DNA of 27,996 nucleotides from Gemmatimonadota bacterium (GCA_040905425.1 JBBDRO010000015.1:29384-57379); one strand, 5' to 3'. Counted from the first letter of the stretch, positions 17,334 through 26,851 are shown. Translations and numbers: made by a program. The notes: generated from the sequence alone by a model not told the origin.

Positions 17334-17933
17334 ATGACCGAGCGCGCGAAGACCGATCTCATCCGGCAGGTGATGGGAGCGTCACACATCCTCTGTTCCA
17401 CCGTGACCGAAATCATGGAGCGAACGCTGGATGATGTGCACGAGGAACAGCTGGCGCTCTCCCAGTTCAAGCTGCTGCTGCTCATCGGCCGCGCCGGCCA
17501 CCGCTTCAAGGTGAGTGACGTGGCAGCCTTCCTGGGCGTGACGAATGCCGCCGCCAGCCGCTCCACCGATCGCCTGGTGCAGCGCGGCCTGGTGGATCGA
17601 AGCGTCTCCAAGGAGGACCGGCGCGCCGTGGACCTATCGCTCACACCGGCCGGACGTGCGTTGGTGGACCGCTTCGCCGAGGCCAATGATACTCTGCTGG
17701 AGAAGGCGCTCGGCGGGTATTCCGAGCAGCGGCTCCGGGAGGCCAAGGCGGTCATCGACGAGCTGTCGACCAGCCTGCTCGATGTCGAGGAGGCGCGCTG
17801 GAAGAAGTGCCTGCGCTGCGGCGTCCATTTCCACTCCGGCTGCGTCATGCGCGATCTGATGGGCGAGAACTGCGCCTTCGCGGACCGCCTGTACGGGGAC
17901 GTGGACGGCCCGGACCACGCCGCCTCCAGCTGA
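17334..17933 (+). CDS. MarR-family regulator with a C-terminal Cys-rich extension (C-x2-C-x7-C-x9-C)
   Basis: LALSQFKLLLLI, VSDVAAFLGVTNAAASRSTDRLVQRGLVDR...EDRRAVDLSLTPAG; tail CLRCGVHFHSGCVMRDLMGENC; GGAG RBS. Confidence 0.88.
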   Translation: MTERAKTDLIRQVMGASHILCSTVTEIMERTLDDVHEEQLALSQFKLLLLIGRAGHRFKVSDVAAFLGVTNAAASRSTDRLVQRGLVDRSVSKEDRRAVDLSLTPAGRALVDRFAEANDTLLEKALGGYSEQRLREAKAVIDELSTSLLDVEEARWKKCLRCGVHFHSGCVMRDLMGENCAFADRLYGDVDGPDHAASS

Positions 17934-18026
17934 GCGCGTCTCCGCCAGCGGGGGTGCCGGAGCGGGGGCGTCCACAGGCGACATCGCCGGGCGGGCGCCC
18001 CGCTCCCTTCGTCCTTCCCGGGCCGC

Positions 18027-18473
18027 TCAGTACTCGCCGGCCAGCCGCTCCAGGATGGACGTCCAGCCCTTCGTGTGTTCCGTGGCTTGTGCCTCCTCGG
18101 GGAAGCCTTCGTGGCGCAGGATCACCTCCGTGGCATCGCCACGCTCGTGCAGCTCGACCGTCACAATGGTATCCGTGCTGCCGCCGTGCTCCGGCTGCTC
18201 CTCCCAGCGCCATGTGAACACCAGGCGGCCGGGCCGATCGATCTCCCGGTACGTGCCCGTGGCGCTGTGCACGTTACCGTCCGGAGCCCGCATGCGGATG
18301 CGGAAGGCGCCGCCCACGCGCAGGTCCACCTCGGCCAGCGGGATCTCCATCCCCTGCGGAGCGCACCACGCCTGCAGCCGCTCGGGCGTGGTCCACGCGT
18401 CGAAGACACGCTCGCGCGGTGCATTCACCATCTGAGCCACCCTGAGGGACGCTCCCGCACTGGCGTTGCTCAT
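18027..18473 (-). CDS. SRPBCC/AHSA1-domain protein
   Basis: APRERVFDAWTTPE, DLRVGG, GTYREIDRPGRLVFTW, GWTSILERL; ATGA overlap with the ArsR gene. Confidence 0.9.
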   Translation of the reverse strand: MSNASAGASLRVAQMVNAPRERVFDAWTTPERLQAWCAPQGMEIPLAEVDLRVGGAFRIRMRAPDGNVHSATGTYREIDRPGRLVFTWRWEEQPEHGGSTDTIVTVELHERGDATEVILRHEGFPEEAQATEHTKGWTSILERLAGEY

Positions 18474-18811
18474 GTTTCCTCCTCCTGTTCGAGATAGCGG
18501 GCCAGCGCGCCCAGGCGCTCCACCCAGAAGGCGCGGTACCGTTCCACCCACGCCGAAACCGCGTCGAGGGGCACCGGATCCGCCTGGCAGCGGGTCACCC
18601 GGCCCTCGGCAAGGCGATGCACGAGCCCCGCACGCTCCAGTACGGCCAGGTGCTTGGAGATGGCCGGCCGGGACACGGCGAACGGCTCTGCCAGCTCGCC
18701 CACGGTGGCGTCCCCGTCCGCCAGCCGCTCCAGGATGGCGCGCCGCTTGGGATCGGCGAGCGCCGCGAAGATGGCGTCCAGCTCCGGAGCATTCAGTGCA
18801 TTGGTAACCAT
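18470..18811 (-). CDS. ArsR/SmtB-family HTH regulator
   Basis: LDAIFAALADPKRRAILERL, TVGELAEPFAVSRPAISKHLAVLERAGLV; start at ATG 18811. Confidence 0.9.
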   Translation of the reverse strand: MVTNALNAPELDAIFAALADPKRRAILERLADGDATVGELAEPFAVSRPAISKHLAVLERAGLVHRLAEGRVTRCQADPVPLDAVSAWVERYRAFWVERLGALARYLEQEEET

Positions 18812-18823
18812 ATGGTTTCCAAT
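18800..18823. promoter_or_regulatory. 24-bp near-perfect palindrome over the ArsR start codon, autoregulatory operator candidate
   Basis: ATTGGTAACCATATGGTTTCCAAT, 22/24 self-complementary. Confidence 0.75.
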
Positions 18824-18977
18824 ATGGGATGACGTGAGCCTACGGGCAAGGATCCCGGGGGCGTTCGTGAGGCACCTGGCGTGGCAGAGCCCGCGGGTCG
18901 CGTGCGGCCGCGCCGGCCCGGCACGGCTTTCGCCTGCCGATGCCTCGACGCACACCGGGGCTCACACGGAGGACAAC

Positions 18978-19820
18978 ATGGTGAAATGGCGCAGCGCCCG
19001 ACGTAGCGGGCGTGTCGAGGACCGGCGGGGCATGGGCGCCCGCGGTCTGGTGGGCGGCGGGATCGGCACGCTGGTGGTCATCGTGGGCGCGCTCCTCCTG
19101 GGCGTGGACCCGCGCCCCCTGCTCGAGGGTGAAGGCGGAGCGCCTCCCACGCAGCAGGAGATTGTACCCGGTTCGCCCGAGGATTCGGCGGGTGCCTTCG
19201 TGGACGCCATCCTGGGGGACACGGAGCAGACGTGGACCGCCCTCTTCGCCAGTAGCGGTAACCGTTACGAACCCACTACAGTGGTGCTCTTCACCAACGC
19301 CGTGCAGAGCGCGTGTGGCACGGGGCAGGCCGCCATGGGCCCCTTCTACTGTCCCCTGGACCGCAAGGTCTACCTGGACCTGTCCTTCTTCCGCGCCCTG
19401 GACGAGCGCTTCGGCGCTCCCGGTGACTTCGCGCGGGCCTATGTCATAGCCCATGAGGTGGGCCACCACGTGCAGACGCTGACCGGCATTTCCGACGAGG
19501 TGAGGCGAGCGCAGGAGCAGGTGGGGGCCACGCGCGGGGCGGGCCTCTCCATGGCCATGGAGCTACAGGCGGACTGCTACGCGGGCGTCTGGGGCCATCA
19601 CGCGGAGGAGGGCCGGGATCTGCTCGAGGCCGGAGACGTGGAGGAAGGGCTGGCCGCGGCCGCGGCCATCGGTGATGACCGGCTGCAGCGCCAGAGCGGC
19701 GGTGAGGTGCGCCCGGAGACCTTCACGCACGGCACCTCGGCGCAGCGCGTCCAGTGGTTCCGCCGCGGCCTCGAGACCGGCGACCCGGCGGCGTGCGACG
19801 CCTTCGCGGAGGCCGGCTGA
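18978..19820 (+). CDS. ypfJ: Neutral zinc metallopeptidase, YpfJ family
   Basis: VEDRRG, SACG, GPFYCPLD, GDFARAYVIAHEVGHHVQ, ELQADCYAG, IGDDRLQ, FTHGTSAQR; GGAGG RBS. Confidence 0.9.
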   Translation: MVKWRSARRSGRVEDRRGMGARGLVGGGIGTLVVIVGALLLGVDPRPLLEGEGGAPPTQQEIVPGSPEDSAGAFVDAILGDTEQTWTALFASSGNRYEPTTVVLFTNAVQSACGTGQAAMGPFYCPLDRKVYLDLSFFRALDERFGAPGDFARAYVIAHEVGHHVQTLTGISDEVRRAQEQVGATRGAGLSMAMELQADCYAGVWGHHAEEGRDLLEAGDVEEGLAAAAAIGDDRLQRQSGGEVRPETFTHGTSAQRVQWFRRGLETGDPAACDAFAEAG

Positions 19821-19823
19821 GCG

Positions 19824-21296
19824 TCAGCCCGCCCCGAGCACCAGCGGCACCAGCGTGTACGCCACCACCATGATGAGCGCAATGAAGAGCAGGTTCAGCC
19901 ACACGCCCGCGCGCGCCATCTGCGGCAGCGTCACGCGGCCGCTGCCGAAGACAATGGCGTTGGGCGGGGTGGCCACCGGCATCATGAAGGCGCAGCTCGC
20001 GGCCAGCGCGGCCGGCACCACGAAGAGCAGCGGACCCTCACCCAGACTCACGGCGAGCGGGCCGAGAACCGGCAGGAAGGCGGCGGCGGTGGCCGTGTTG
20101 CTGGTGAGCTCGGTCAGGAAGACGATCACCGCCGTGACCGCCAGCACGAGCAGCCAGACGGGCAGCGCGCCCAGCCCCCCCAGCGCCTCACCGATCCACA
20201 GCGCCAGGCCCGTATCGGAGATGGCCGCCGCCAGGCTGAGGCCGCCCCCGAAGAGGACCAGCACGCCCCAGGGCAGCTCCTCGGCGGTCTCCCAGTCGAG
20301 CAGGCGTTCCTGCCCTGCCCCCGCCGGGGTCATGAAGAGCACCAGCCCCGCCGCGATGGCAATGCCGGCGTCGGAGAGGCCCGGCACCAGGTCCGCCACC
20401 AGCGGACGGACGATCCACGCCACCGCCGTGAGCACGAAGACCACAGCCACGCGCCGCTCCGCCGGCGCAACACGCCCGAGGGCATGCAGTGCCTCGCGCA
20501 CCACTGCCCGCCCCCCGGAGAGTTCGGCCGGGGCCAGCCGGAAGAGCACGCGCGTGAGCAGGAGCCAGGCGAGCGGCAGCCCCACAATCACGAGCGGTAC
20601 ACCCACCAACATCCACTGCGCGAAGCCGATCTGCACGTCGTAGGTCTCACTCATGTAGCCGGCCAGGAAGGCGTTCGGCGGGGTGCCGATGAGCGTGCCC
20701 AGCCCGCCGATGCTCGCGCCGTAGGCAATGGCAAGCATCAGGGCGGTGGCGAAGGACGCGGACGATGCATCGTCGCTTTCCGCCGTGCCGGTCAGCGCGA
20801 TCACCGAAACGCCGATGGGGAGCATCATGACGGTGGTGGCCGTGTTGCTCACCCACATGCTGAGGAAGGCGGTGGCCAGCATGAAACCGAGCACGAGCCG
20901 GCGCGGGCCAGTGCCCACCGCGGTCACGACGTTCAGGGCAACGCGGCGGTGCAGGCCGGAGCGCTGCATGGCGGCCGCGAGGAGGAAGCCGCCCAGGAAG
21001 AGGTAGATGATGGGGTTGGCATAAGGCGCGGCGGCGTCCCCGATGGGTGCCACGCCGAGCAGCGGGAACGCTACCAGCGGGACCAGCGCGGTGGCCGGGA
21101 TGGGCAGCGCCTCGCTCACCCACCAGACGGCCATGAGCACGCCCACCGCGGCCGTGCGCCAGGCGGCTTCCTCCATCCCCGACGGCGCGGGGAGGAAGAG
21201 CAGCAGAGTGAACGCCGCCAGCCCGAGCGGCAGGCCGGCCCGACGGCGGAGGGAGTCCGTGCCCCCTCCGCCATCCGCGGGCTCGTTCAGTGCCAC
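19824..21296 (-). CDS. SLC13/DASS family sodium:dicarboxylate or sulfate symporter
   Basis: WWVSEALPIPATAL, LSMWVSNTATT, GTLIGTPPNA, TELTSNTAT, CAFMMPVATPPNAIVFG; start uncertain (GTG 21296 overlaps the upstream stop). Confidence 0.9.
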   Translation of the reverse strand: MALNEPADGGGGTDSLRRRAGLPLGLAAFTLLLFLPAPSGMEEAAWRTAAVGVLMAVWWVSEALPIPATALVPLVAFPLLGVAPIGDAAAPYANPIIYLFLGGFLLAAAMQRSGLHRRVALNVVTAVGTGPRRLVLGFMLATAFLSMWVSNTATTVMMLPIGVSVIALTGTAESDDASSASFATALMLAIAYGASIGGLGTLIGTPPNAFLAGYMSETYDVQIGFAQWMLVGVPLVIVGLPLAWLLLTRVLFRLAPAELSGGRAVVREALHALGRVAPAERRVAVVFVLTAVAWIVRPLVADLVPGLSDAGIAIAAGLVLFMTPAGAGQERLLDWETAEELPWGVLVLFGGGLSLAAAISDTGLALWIGEALGGLGALPVWLLVLAVTAVIVFLTELTSNTATAAAFLPVLGPLAVSLGEGPLLFVVPAALAASCAFMMPVATPPNAIVFGSGRVTLPQMARAGVWLNLLFIALIMVVAYTLVPLVLGAG

Positions 21297-23824
21297 CCGC
21301 CCGGTCCGGCCATACCAGGTGACCACTGCTCCAGCCAGCGTAGCGCCGGCTCCCCGATGGGCGCTCCGGGCGGTGCGCTCGGGATGCTCGGGAAGTCGTA
21401 GCCCTCCGGGTCCTCTAGGAAGCGCTCCATCTCGGCGGCCAGGAGCGCGGCGTGGGCCGCCTCGTCGCCGGTGCCGCTGCCCGCGGCGGCCAGTTCGGCC
21501 TGGCGTGTCCGCACCCGCTGCATGGCCAGCGCCCGCGCCTGCGGCATGGCCGCGTTGGCCGCGATGCCCATCACGCGCGCCAGCGCCACGCGCTCCACGG
21601 CGCGGCGGATCTCGGCCTGGTAGGGGTTGGCCGCGGGCGCGTCCGCCACGGCGGCTATGAGGCGGTCCAGCACCTCACCCAGCCCCGGGAGCGACGGGTC
21701 GACCGCGTGCTGCTCCACCAGGCGCGCGGCCTTGCTGTTGTCCAGGATGTTGCCCACGGTAAGTTCGGCGGCCACCACGGCGGGCGTGATGACGTCGAAG
21801 GTGCTGCCCGTCCAGCGCGGGAACATCTCCCGGTGGCGCCCCCAGCCGCCGGGCCGCGGCGGCAGACGGTCCACCACCACCCGGGGCAGGGCCAGTACCT
21901 GCGGCGTTAGCGTGGCCAGCAGCGCGTCGAGCACCGCCCGCTGGTGCGTGCCGGATACCCGCTGGAAGGGCATGCGCCCGTCGCCGCGGAAGCTGTAGAT
22001 GTACTCCTGCCCGCCCAGCGCCGAGCCCGCCGCGTCGAGTTGGTAGCGGTGCCACAGGTAGAGCGGCACCAGCACCTCCTCCATGGTGGCCAGCGGCGTG
22101 CCCGCCTGGATGGCCCGCTCGCCGAAGCGCCCGAGCGCCACGCGGCGCACCTCCATCATGCGGCGCAGTTCCACGGCCGCGTCCACGCCGTTGGACCACT
22201 GGTCCACGCGCGGGTGGACGCTGATGTCCTGGTTGGACAGGTAGCGGATGTCCCGCGCCCACGCCGCATCCAGGATGCTGTCCAGCGCCGCCCGCTCGTC
22301 TACGCCGGGCGGGAAGTCCTGGTAGCCCCACGCCACGGCCACGCTGTCCCACTCGCCGATGCCGTGCTCGTAGACCTCGGAGTGGTCGAAGCTGCCGTCA
22401 GCGTTCAGGGTGACGAGCGGGTGCGGGTAGTCCAGCACGGAGATGCGCCCCGCGTCACTGTCGTAGTAGTTGTGGCCGAGCCCGATGGTGTGCCCCACCT
22501 CGTGCGCGGAAAGCTGACGGATGCGCGCCACGGCCCACGCCTCCAGCTCGGGCGGCCGCTCGTAGCCGGTCGCGTAGGGCGCCAGGATGCCCTCGGCCAG
22601 CAGGTAGTCCTGCCGGATGCGCAGCGACCCCAGCGTCACCACGCCCTTGATGATCTCCCCCGTGCGCGGGTCGGTGACCGAACTGCCGTAGCTCCAGCCG
22701 CGCGTGGAGCGGTGCGCCCAGTTGATGACGTTGTAGCGGATGTCCAGCGGGCTCACGTCCTCGGGCAGGATCTCCACCTGGAAGGCGTTCCGGTAGCCGG
22801 CGCCCTCGAACGCCTGGTTCCACCAGCTGGCCCCCTCGAGCAGCGCCGAGCGCACGGGCTCCGGCACACCGGGGTCCAGGTAGTAGACGATGGGCTCCAC
22901 GGGATCGCTCACCGCCGCCGCGGGGTCCACCTTCTCCAGCCGGTGGCGGCGGGTGAAGCGCTGCGTCATGGACTCCCCGAGTGGGGCCGAGTAGTCCTCC
23001 CAGCCCACCGAGCCGTAGCCGGAGCGCGGGTCGAAGATGCGCGTCTCGTAGCCGTCGTCCGGCAGCTCCACGAAGGAGTGGTGCAGGCGCAGGTTGGCCG
23101 CCGCGCTCGTGGCGGCCACGCTGCCCACGCCCTCGAAGAACGCGCCGCCCCCACCGCCGCCCCCGCCGCCGGGCACGAAGGTGAGCTCCACCTCCATCTC
23201 CGTGTTCAGCGGGAAATTCTGGATCATGGGCTGCCAGAGGCGGCTGCGGCTGGCCTCGTAGCGGTAGCCGCCCATGCGGTTGCCCATGTTCTCCGAGTCG
23301 CGCAGCAGGAACTCGTCCATGGGGATGAGCACCCGCTCGCCGGTCACGGCCGTGATAGGAAAGCCGTAGAGCGTGGAGCGCGCGAAGGCGTCCGCCACCG
23401 CCTGCACCTCGGCCGGGTTGTCACTGCTGGAGCGGAAGCGGTAGTTGGGCTGGATCATGAGCACGCGCGGACCCGCGCGCTCGAAGAAGACGATCTCCGA
23501 GCCGGTCAGGCTGCCGCGGTCGATGCCGATGTCATTGGAGCCCAATCCCGAGCCCATCCCCGCCACGTGCAGGACCTCCTCGTTCCAGCGGTCGATCTCC
23601 ATGAACAGCTCGCCCGCCTCCCGGTCCAGGTAGAGCGGGAAGAAGCCGTCCAGCCGCTCCATGTCCGCGGTGTGCTCCTCGATGGTGGGCTTCTCGGCGC
23701 TGGCGTCGCCGCCCCCGCGTTGCTGCGCGGCAGCGCTCACGGGAAGGGCCAGGATGAGCGCCGCCGCCAGGGCCGCGCCGCGATGGAGGGCGCGCGGCTG
23801 GCGCCCGGGCCGGGTCACGAACAT
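21287..23824 (-). CDS. Secreted zinc-dependent metalloprotease (DUF5117/DUF4953-type metzincin-like)
   Basis: Signal peptide; PIVYYLDPGVP, WNQAFEGAGYRNA, DIRYNVINW, DPRTGEIIKG, HEVGHTIGLGHNY; GGAGGTG RBS. Confidence 0.88.
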   Translation of the reverse strand: MFVTRPGRQPRALHRGAALAAALILALPVSAAAQQRGGGDASAEKPTIEEHTADMERLDGFFPLYLDREAGELFMEIDRWNEEVLHVAGMGSGLGSNDIGIDRGSLTGSEIVFFERAGPRVLMIQPNYRFRSSSDNPAEVQAVADAFARSTLYGFPITAVTGERVLIPMDEFLLRDSENMGNRMGGYRYEASRSRLWQPMIQNFPLNTEMEVELTFVPGGGGGGGGGAFFEGVGSVAATSAAANLRLHHSFVELPDDGYETRIFDPRSGYGSVGWEDYSAPLGESMTQRFTRRHRLEKVDPAAAVSDPVEPIVYYLDPGVPEPVRSALLEGASWWNQAFEGAGYRNAFQVEILPEDVSPLDIRYNVINWAHRSTRGWSYGSSVTDPRTGEIIKGVVTLGSLRIRQDYLLAEGILAPYATGYERPPELEAWAVARIRQLSAHEVGHTIGLGHNYYDSDAGRISVLDYPHPLVTLNADGSFDHSEVYEHGIGEWDSVAVAWGYQDFPPGVDERAALDSILDAAWARDIRYLSNQDISVHPRVDQWSNGVDAAVELRRMMEVRRVALGRFGERAIQAGTPLATMEEVLVPLYLWHRYQLDAAGSALGGQEYIYSFRGDGRMPFQRVSGTHQRAVLDALLATLTPQVLALPRVVVDRLPPRPGGWGRHREMFPRWTGSTFDVITPAVVAAELTVGNILDNSKAARLVEQHAVDPSLPGLGEVLDRLIAAVADAPAANPYQAEIRRAVERVALARVMGIAANAAMPQARALAMQRVRTRQAELAAAGSGTGDEAAHAALLAAEMERFLEDPEGYDFPSIPSAPPGAPIGEPALRWLEQWSPGMAGPGGWH

Positions 23825-23996
23825 GCATCACCTCCGCCGGTGTCACGGATCTTGAAGGAAGGCTGACAGTGTACAAGCCGGATGGCCCGCCGGCCAATAG
23901 GCCGGGCTCGCCGTTGACGCGTTCCGCCCGCCCGGCGAGCTTCGACGCCGCGGCGGCACGCACGCCGTGACGCACGTCCCCGAAAGCAGCGCACCC

Positions 23997-24881
23997 ATGC
24001 ATCGCTCGATCGAAACGCTCCTGGCCGACGCCCGGGAATCGGGCCGCCCCCTGCCCCGCGTGGTGCTCGACGCGGAGATGGAGGAGAGCGGCCGCAGCGA
24101 GGAGGAGATCCGCGGGCGCATCCAACGCACGCTCGAGGTCATGCGCGGCGCCATCGCCGAGGGGCTGAAGGGTGAGGTGCGCTCCCCCTCCGGCATGACG
24201 GGCGGGCGCGCCGCCAGGCTGCTGTCCAACGGCCGCGGCCTGCTCGGCATGCGCGTCACCACGCTGCTGGCCCGCGCCATCGGCACCCTGGAGACCAACG
24301 CCGCCATGGGCCTCATCGTGGCCGCCCCCACCGCCGGCGCCGCGGGCGTGCTGCCCGCCATCCTGGTCACCGCCGGTGAGATCCTGGACGAGCCCGAGGA
24401 GCGGCTGGTGGACGCCATGCTGGTGGCCGGCGGCGTGGGCGGCGTCATTGCCCACCGCGCCACGCTGGCCGGCGCCGAGGGCGGCTGTCAGGCCGAGACC
24501 GGCTCCGCCGCCGCCATGGGCGCGGCCGCCGTGACCTGGCTGGCCGGCGGCACTGATGACCAGGTAGCCACCGCCGTGGCGCTCTCCCTCCAGGGCATGC
24601 TCGGCCTCATCTGTGACCCCATCGGCGGGCTGGTGGAGATCCCCTGCATCTACCGCAACGCCTCGGCCGCCATGCAGGCGCTGGCCGCCGCCGAGATGGC
24701 GCTGGCCGGCCTGGACTTCCCCGTCAGCGCCGACGAGGTCATCGACGTCATGGATGAGGTCGGCCGCCGTATGCCCGTGGCCTACCGGGAGACCGCGCAG
24801 GGCGGCCTGGCCGCCACGCCTTCCGCGCGCAACCTGGTGCAGATCAAGCCGTCAGCGCAGCCCACGGGGTTCAGCACATGA
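23997..24881 (+). CDS. sdaAA: L-serine dehydratase, iron-sulfur dependent, alpha subunit
   Basis: NAAMGLIVAAPTAGAAGVLP, GAEGGCQAETGSA, LGLICDPIGGLVEIPC, YRETAQGGLAATP. Confidence 0.93.
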   Translation: MHRSIETLLADARESGRPLPRVVLDAEMEESGRSEEEIRGRIQRTLEVMRGAIAEGLKGEVRSPSGMTGGRAARLLSNGRGLLGMRVTTLLARAIGTLETNAAMGLIVAAPTAGAAGVLPAILVTAGEILDEPEERLVDAMLVAGGVGGVIAHRATLAGAEGGCQAETGSAAAMGAAAVTWLAGGTDDQVATAVALSLQGMLGLICDPIGGLVEIPCIYRNASAAMQALAAAEMALAGLDFPVSADEVIDVMDEVGRRMPVAYRETAQGGLAATPSARNLVQIKPSAQPTGFST

Positions 24882-25021
24882 TCTTTAAGCGACGTCTCCG
24901 CTCCGCGTCACCGGAGAACCGCGTCTGCCTTATTTCATCGCGGCCGCGTGGCCGGATCGGCGCCGGTGGCGCCGCGCCCGTGCGTCGGGATGCCGCGGCC
25001 CCACAGTTTGGAGGCTGACGT

Positions 25022-25690
25022 ATGGTCCACCTCTTCGACATCCTCGGCCCCGTCATGGTGGGCCCCTCCTCCTCCCACACCGCCGGCGCCTGCCGCCTCG
25101 GCCAGATGGCGCGCGCCATCCTGGGGTGCACACCCGCCCGGGCGCGGGTGGAGCTGCACGGCTCCTTTGCCGCCACTGGCGAGGGCCACGGGACGCATCG
25201 CGCCATCCTCGGCGGTCTGCTCGGCCTGCCCCCCGACGACCTCCGCCTGCGCGACGCCTATGCCCTGGCCGACGAGGCCGGCATGGACTACGCCTTCGAG
25301 CGCGTGGAGCTGGGTGAGGACGCCCACCCCAACACGGCCGTCTTCAAGCTGGAGGGCGGCGGCGAGAACGTGGAGGTCCGCGGCGCCTCGGTGGGCGGTG
25401 GCCGCATCCAGGTCACCGAGATCGACGGCTTTGCCGTGGACCTGGGCGGCGACCACCACACGCTGGTCCTGGTAGCCGACGACCGCCCCGGCACCATCGC
25501 GCGCGTGAGCAGCCTTTTTGCCGAGCATGACGTCAACGTGGCCACCATGCGCGTGGACCGCACCGGCCGCCGCAAGCACGCCCTCATGACCATCGAGACG
25601 GACGAGGCCGTGCCCGAGCCGGCCGCGGACGCCATCCGCGCCGAGCCGTGGCTGCACGTGCTGCGGCGCGTGGAACGAATCGCGGACTGA
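25022..25690 (+). CDS. sdaAB: L-serine dehydratase beta subunit with C-terminal ACT domain
   Basis: FDILGPVMVGPSSSHTAGA, LHGSFAATGEGHGT, HPNT, GASVGGG, DRPGTIA; GGAGG RBS. Confidence 0.93.
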   Translation: MVHLFDILGPVMVGPSSSHTAGACRLGQMARAILGCTPARARVELHGSFAATGEGHGTHRAILGGLLGLPPDDLRLRDAYALADEAGMDYAFERVELGEDAHPNTAVFKLEGGGENVEVRGASVGGGRIQVTEIDGFAVDLGGDHHTLVLVADDRPGTIARVSSLFAEHDVNVATMRVDRTGRRKHALMTIETDEAVPEPAADAIRAEPWLHVLRRVERIAD

Positions 25691-25705
25691 GGCTTTATAG
25701 GGAGG

Positions 25706-26818
25706 ATGCTCACGCGAGGCATCCCGTTTTTCTTGGCCGTCTCTGTTCTGGTGTCGACCGCGGCCCCCGGTTCCGCGCAGTCGGTGCGCGGCACCGTTGT
25801 GGAGGAGGGCACCGGCGCGCCGATCGCCGGGGTGACGGTGGCCCTGGTGGACTCGGCCGGAACGCCCGTGTTCAGCGCCGTGAGCGACGCCGCCGGCCGC
25901 TTCTACATCCCCGCCGCCGGCGGCACCTACCGCCTGGAAGCCAGCCACATCGCGTACGCCACCGTCCGGCTGGACACCGTGCGGATCGCCGCCCAGGAGC
26001 GCCTGGAGCTGACCATCCGCATGGCCGCCGAGGCCATTGCGCTGTCCCCCGTGGAGGTGACCGCCCGACGCATCGACCCCCGCCACCTGGCCACGCTGGA
26101 GGGCTTCTACCAGCGCTGGCGCGAGCTGCCCTCCGTGGGACCGCGGCGCGCGGTACGACGCGGGGAGCCGGAGATGCGGAGCGCGCTGGGGCTGGAGGAC
26201 ATCGTGACCTGGTTCGGGGAGCCGGAGCTGCCGGGAAGCGCGCTGTTCTGGAATGGTCAGGAAGTACTCAGTCCCGGATTGGCCGCGATGCTCCTCGAGG
26301 TCCCGATCGAGTTCCTGGAGGGGGTGGAGTTCTATCGGCGCGAGATCGACGCGCCCCTGGAGTACCACACCGGTAGATCTTGTGCAGCATCCCACCGCTG
26401 CCCGGTTCTGGCCCTATGGGGCCGCCTGCCGGACGGCGTGAGCGTGGAGGACGCCGTCGCGGGTGGCGGCAAGATGGTAGCCGAGCCTGCCCCTGGCCTG
26501 CCGCCCACGCCGCGGCTCGAGCTGCGCTTTCGAGCACGCAGCGTCACGGCCGCTGAGGCCGGCGTGGTGCGCGGAGCCCTGCTGGGACCCGCCGGCGCCC
26601 AGCTGGCCGCCGCGGTGATCGAGCTCGTCGGCCCCAACGGCGAGCGCCTCGGCATCACCCGCGCCGACCCCGACGGCGCATTCACGCTGACCGCGCCCGC
26701 CCCCGGGCGCTACCACCTGCGCGCCCTGCATGAGATGCACGGCGCCGCAACGAGCGATGCCTTCGAGCTGGCGGATGGCCAGGCGGCCGACGTGCTCCTG
26801 ACGATGGGCGGCGGGTAG
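25706..26818 (+). CDS. Secreted protein with two carboxypeptidase-regulatory-like domains flanking a TonB-plug-like segment
   Basis: Signal peptide; VRGTVVEEGTGAPIAGVTVAL...SDAAGRF; LSPVEVTA; LEGVEFYR...APLEY...CPVLALW; second module ADPDGAFTLTAPAPGRYHL. Confidence 0.7.
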   Translation: MLTRGIPFFLAVSVLVSTAAPGSAQSVRGTVVEEGTGAPIAGVTVALVDSAGTPVFSAVSDAAGRFYIPAAGGTYRLEASHIAYATVRLDTVRIAAQERLELTIRMAAEAIALSPVEVTARRIDPRHLATLEGFYQRWRELPSVGPRRAVRRGEPEMRSALGLEDIVTWFGEPELPGSALFWNGQEVLSPGLAAMLLEVPIEFLEGVEFYRREIDAPLEYHTGRSCAASHRCPVLALWGRLPDGVSVEDAVAGGGKMVAEPAPGLPPTPRLELRFRARSVTAAEAGVVRGALLGPAGAQLAAAVIELVGPNGERLGITRADPDGAFTLTAPAPGRYHLRALHEMHGAATSDAFELADGQAADVLLTMGGG

Positions 26819-26851
26819 GGGAGGCGCTCGCCGCATTCGTTTGGGTGGTTC

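Noticed and set aside
17808..17822. CLRCG in the MarR tail as a c-type heme site
   Set aside because: The motif is CxxCG, not CxxCH, and the protein is cytoplasmic
21944..23866. 640-aa plus-strand ORF, and similar long antisense ORFs such as 4066-5700 and 24935-26395
   Set aside because: Shadow ORFs opposite well-supported genes, expected in very GC-rich DNA; no recognisable motifs
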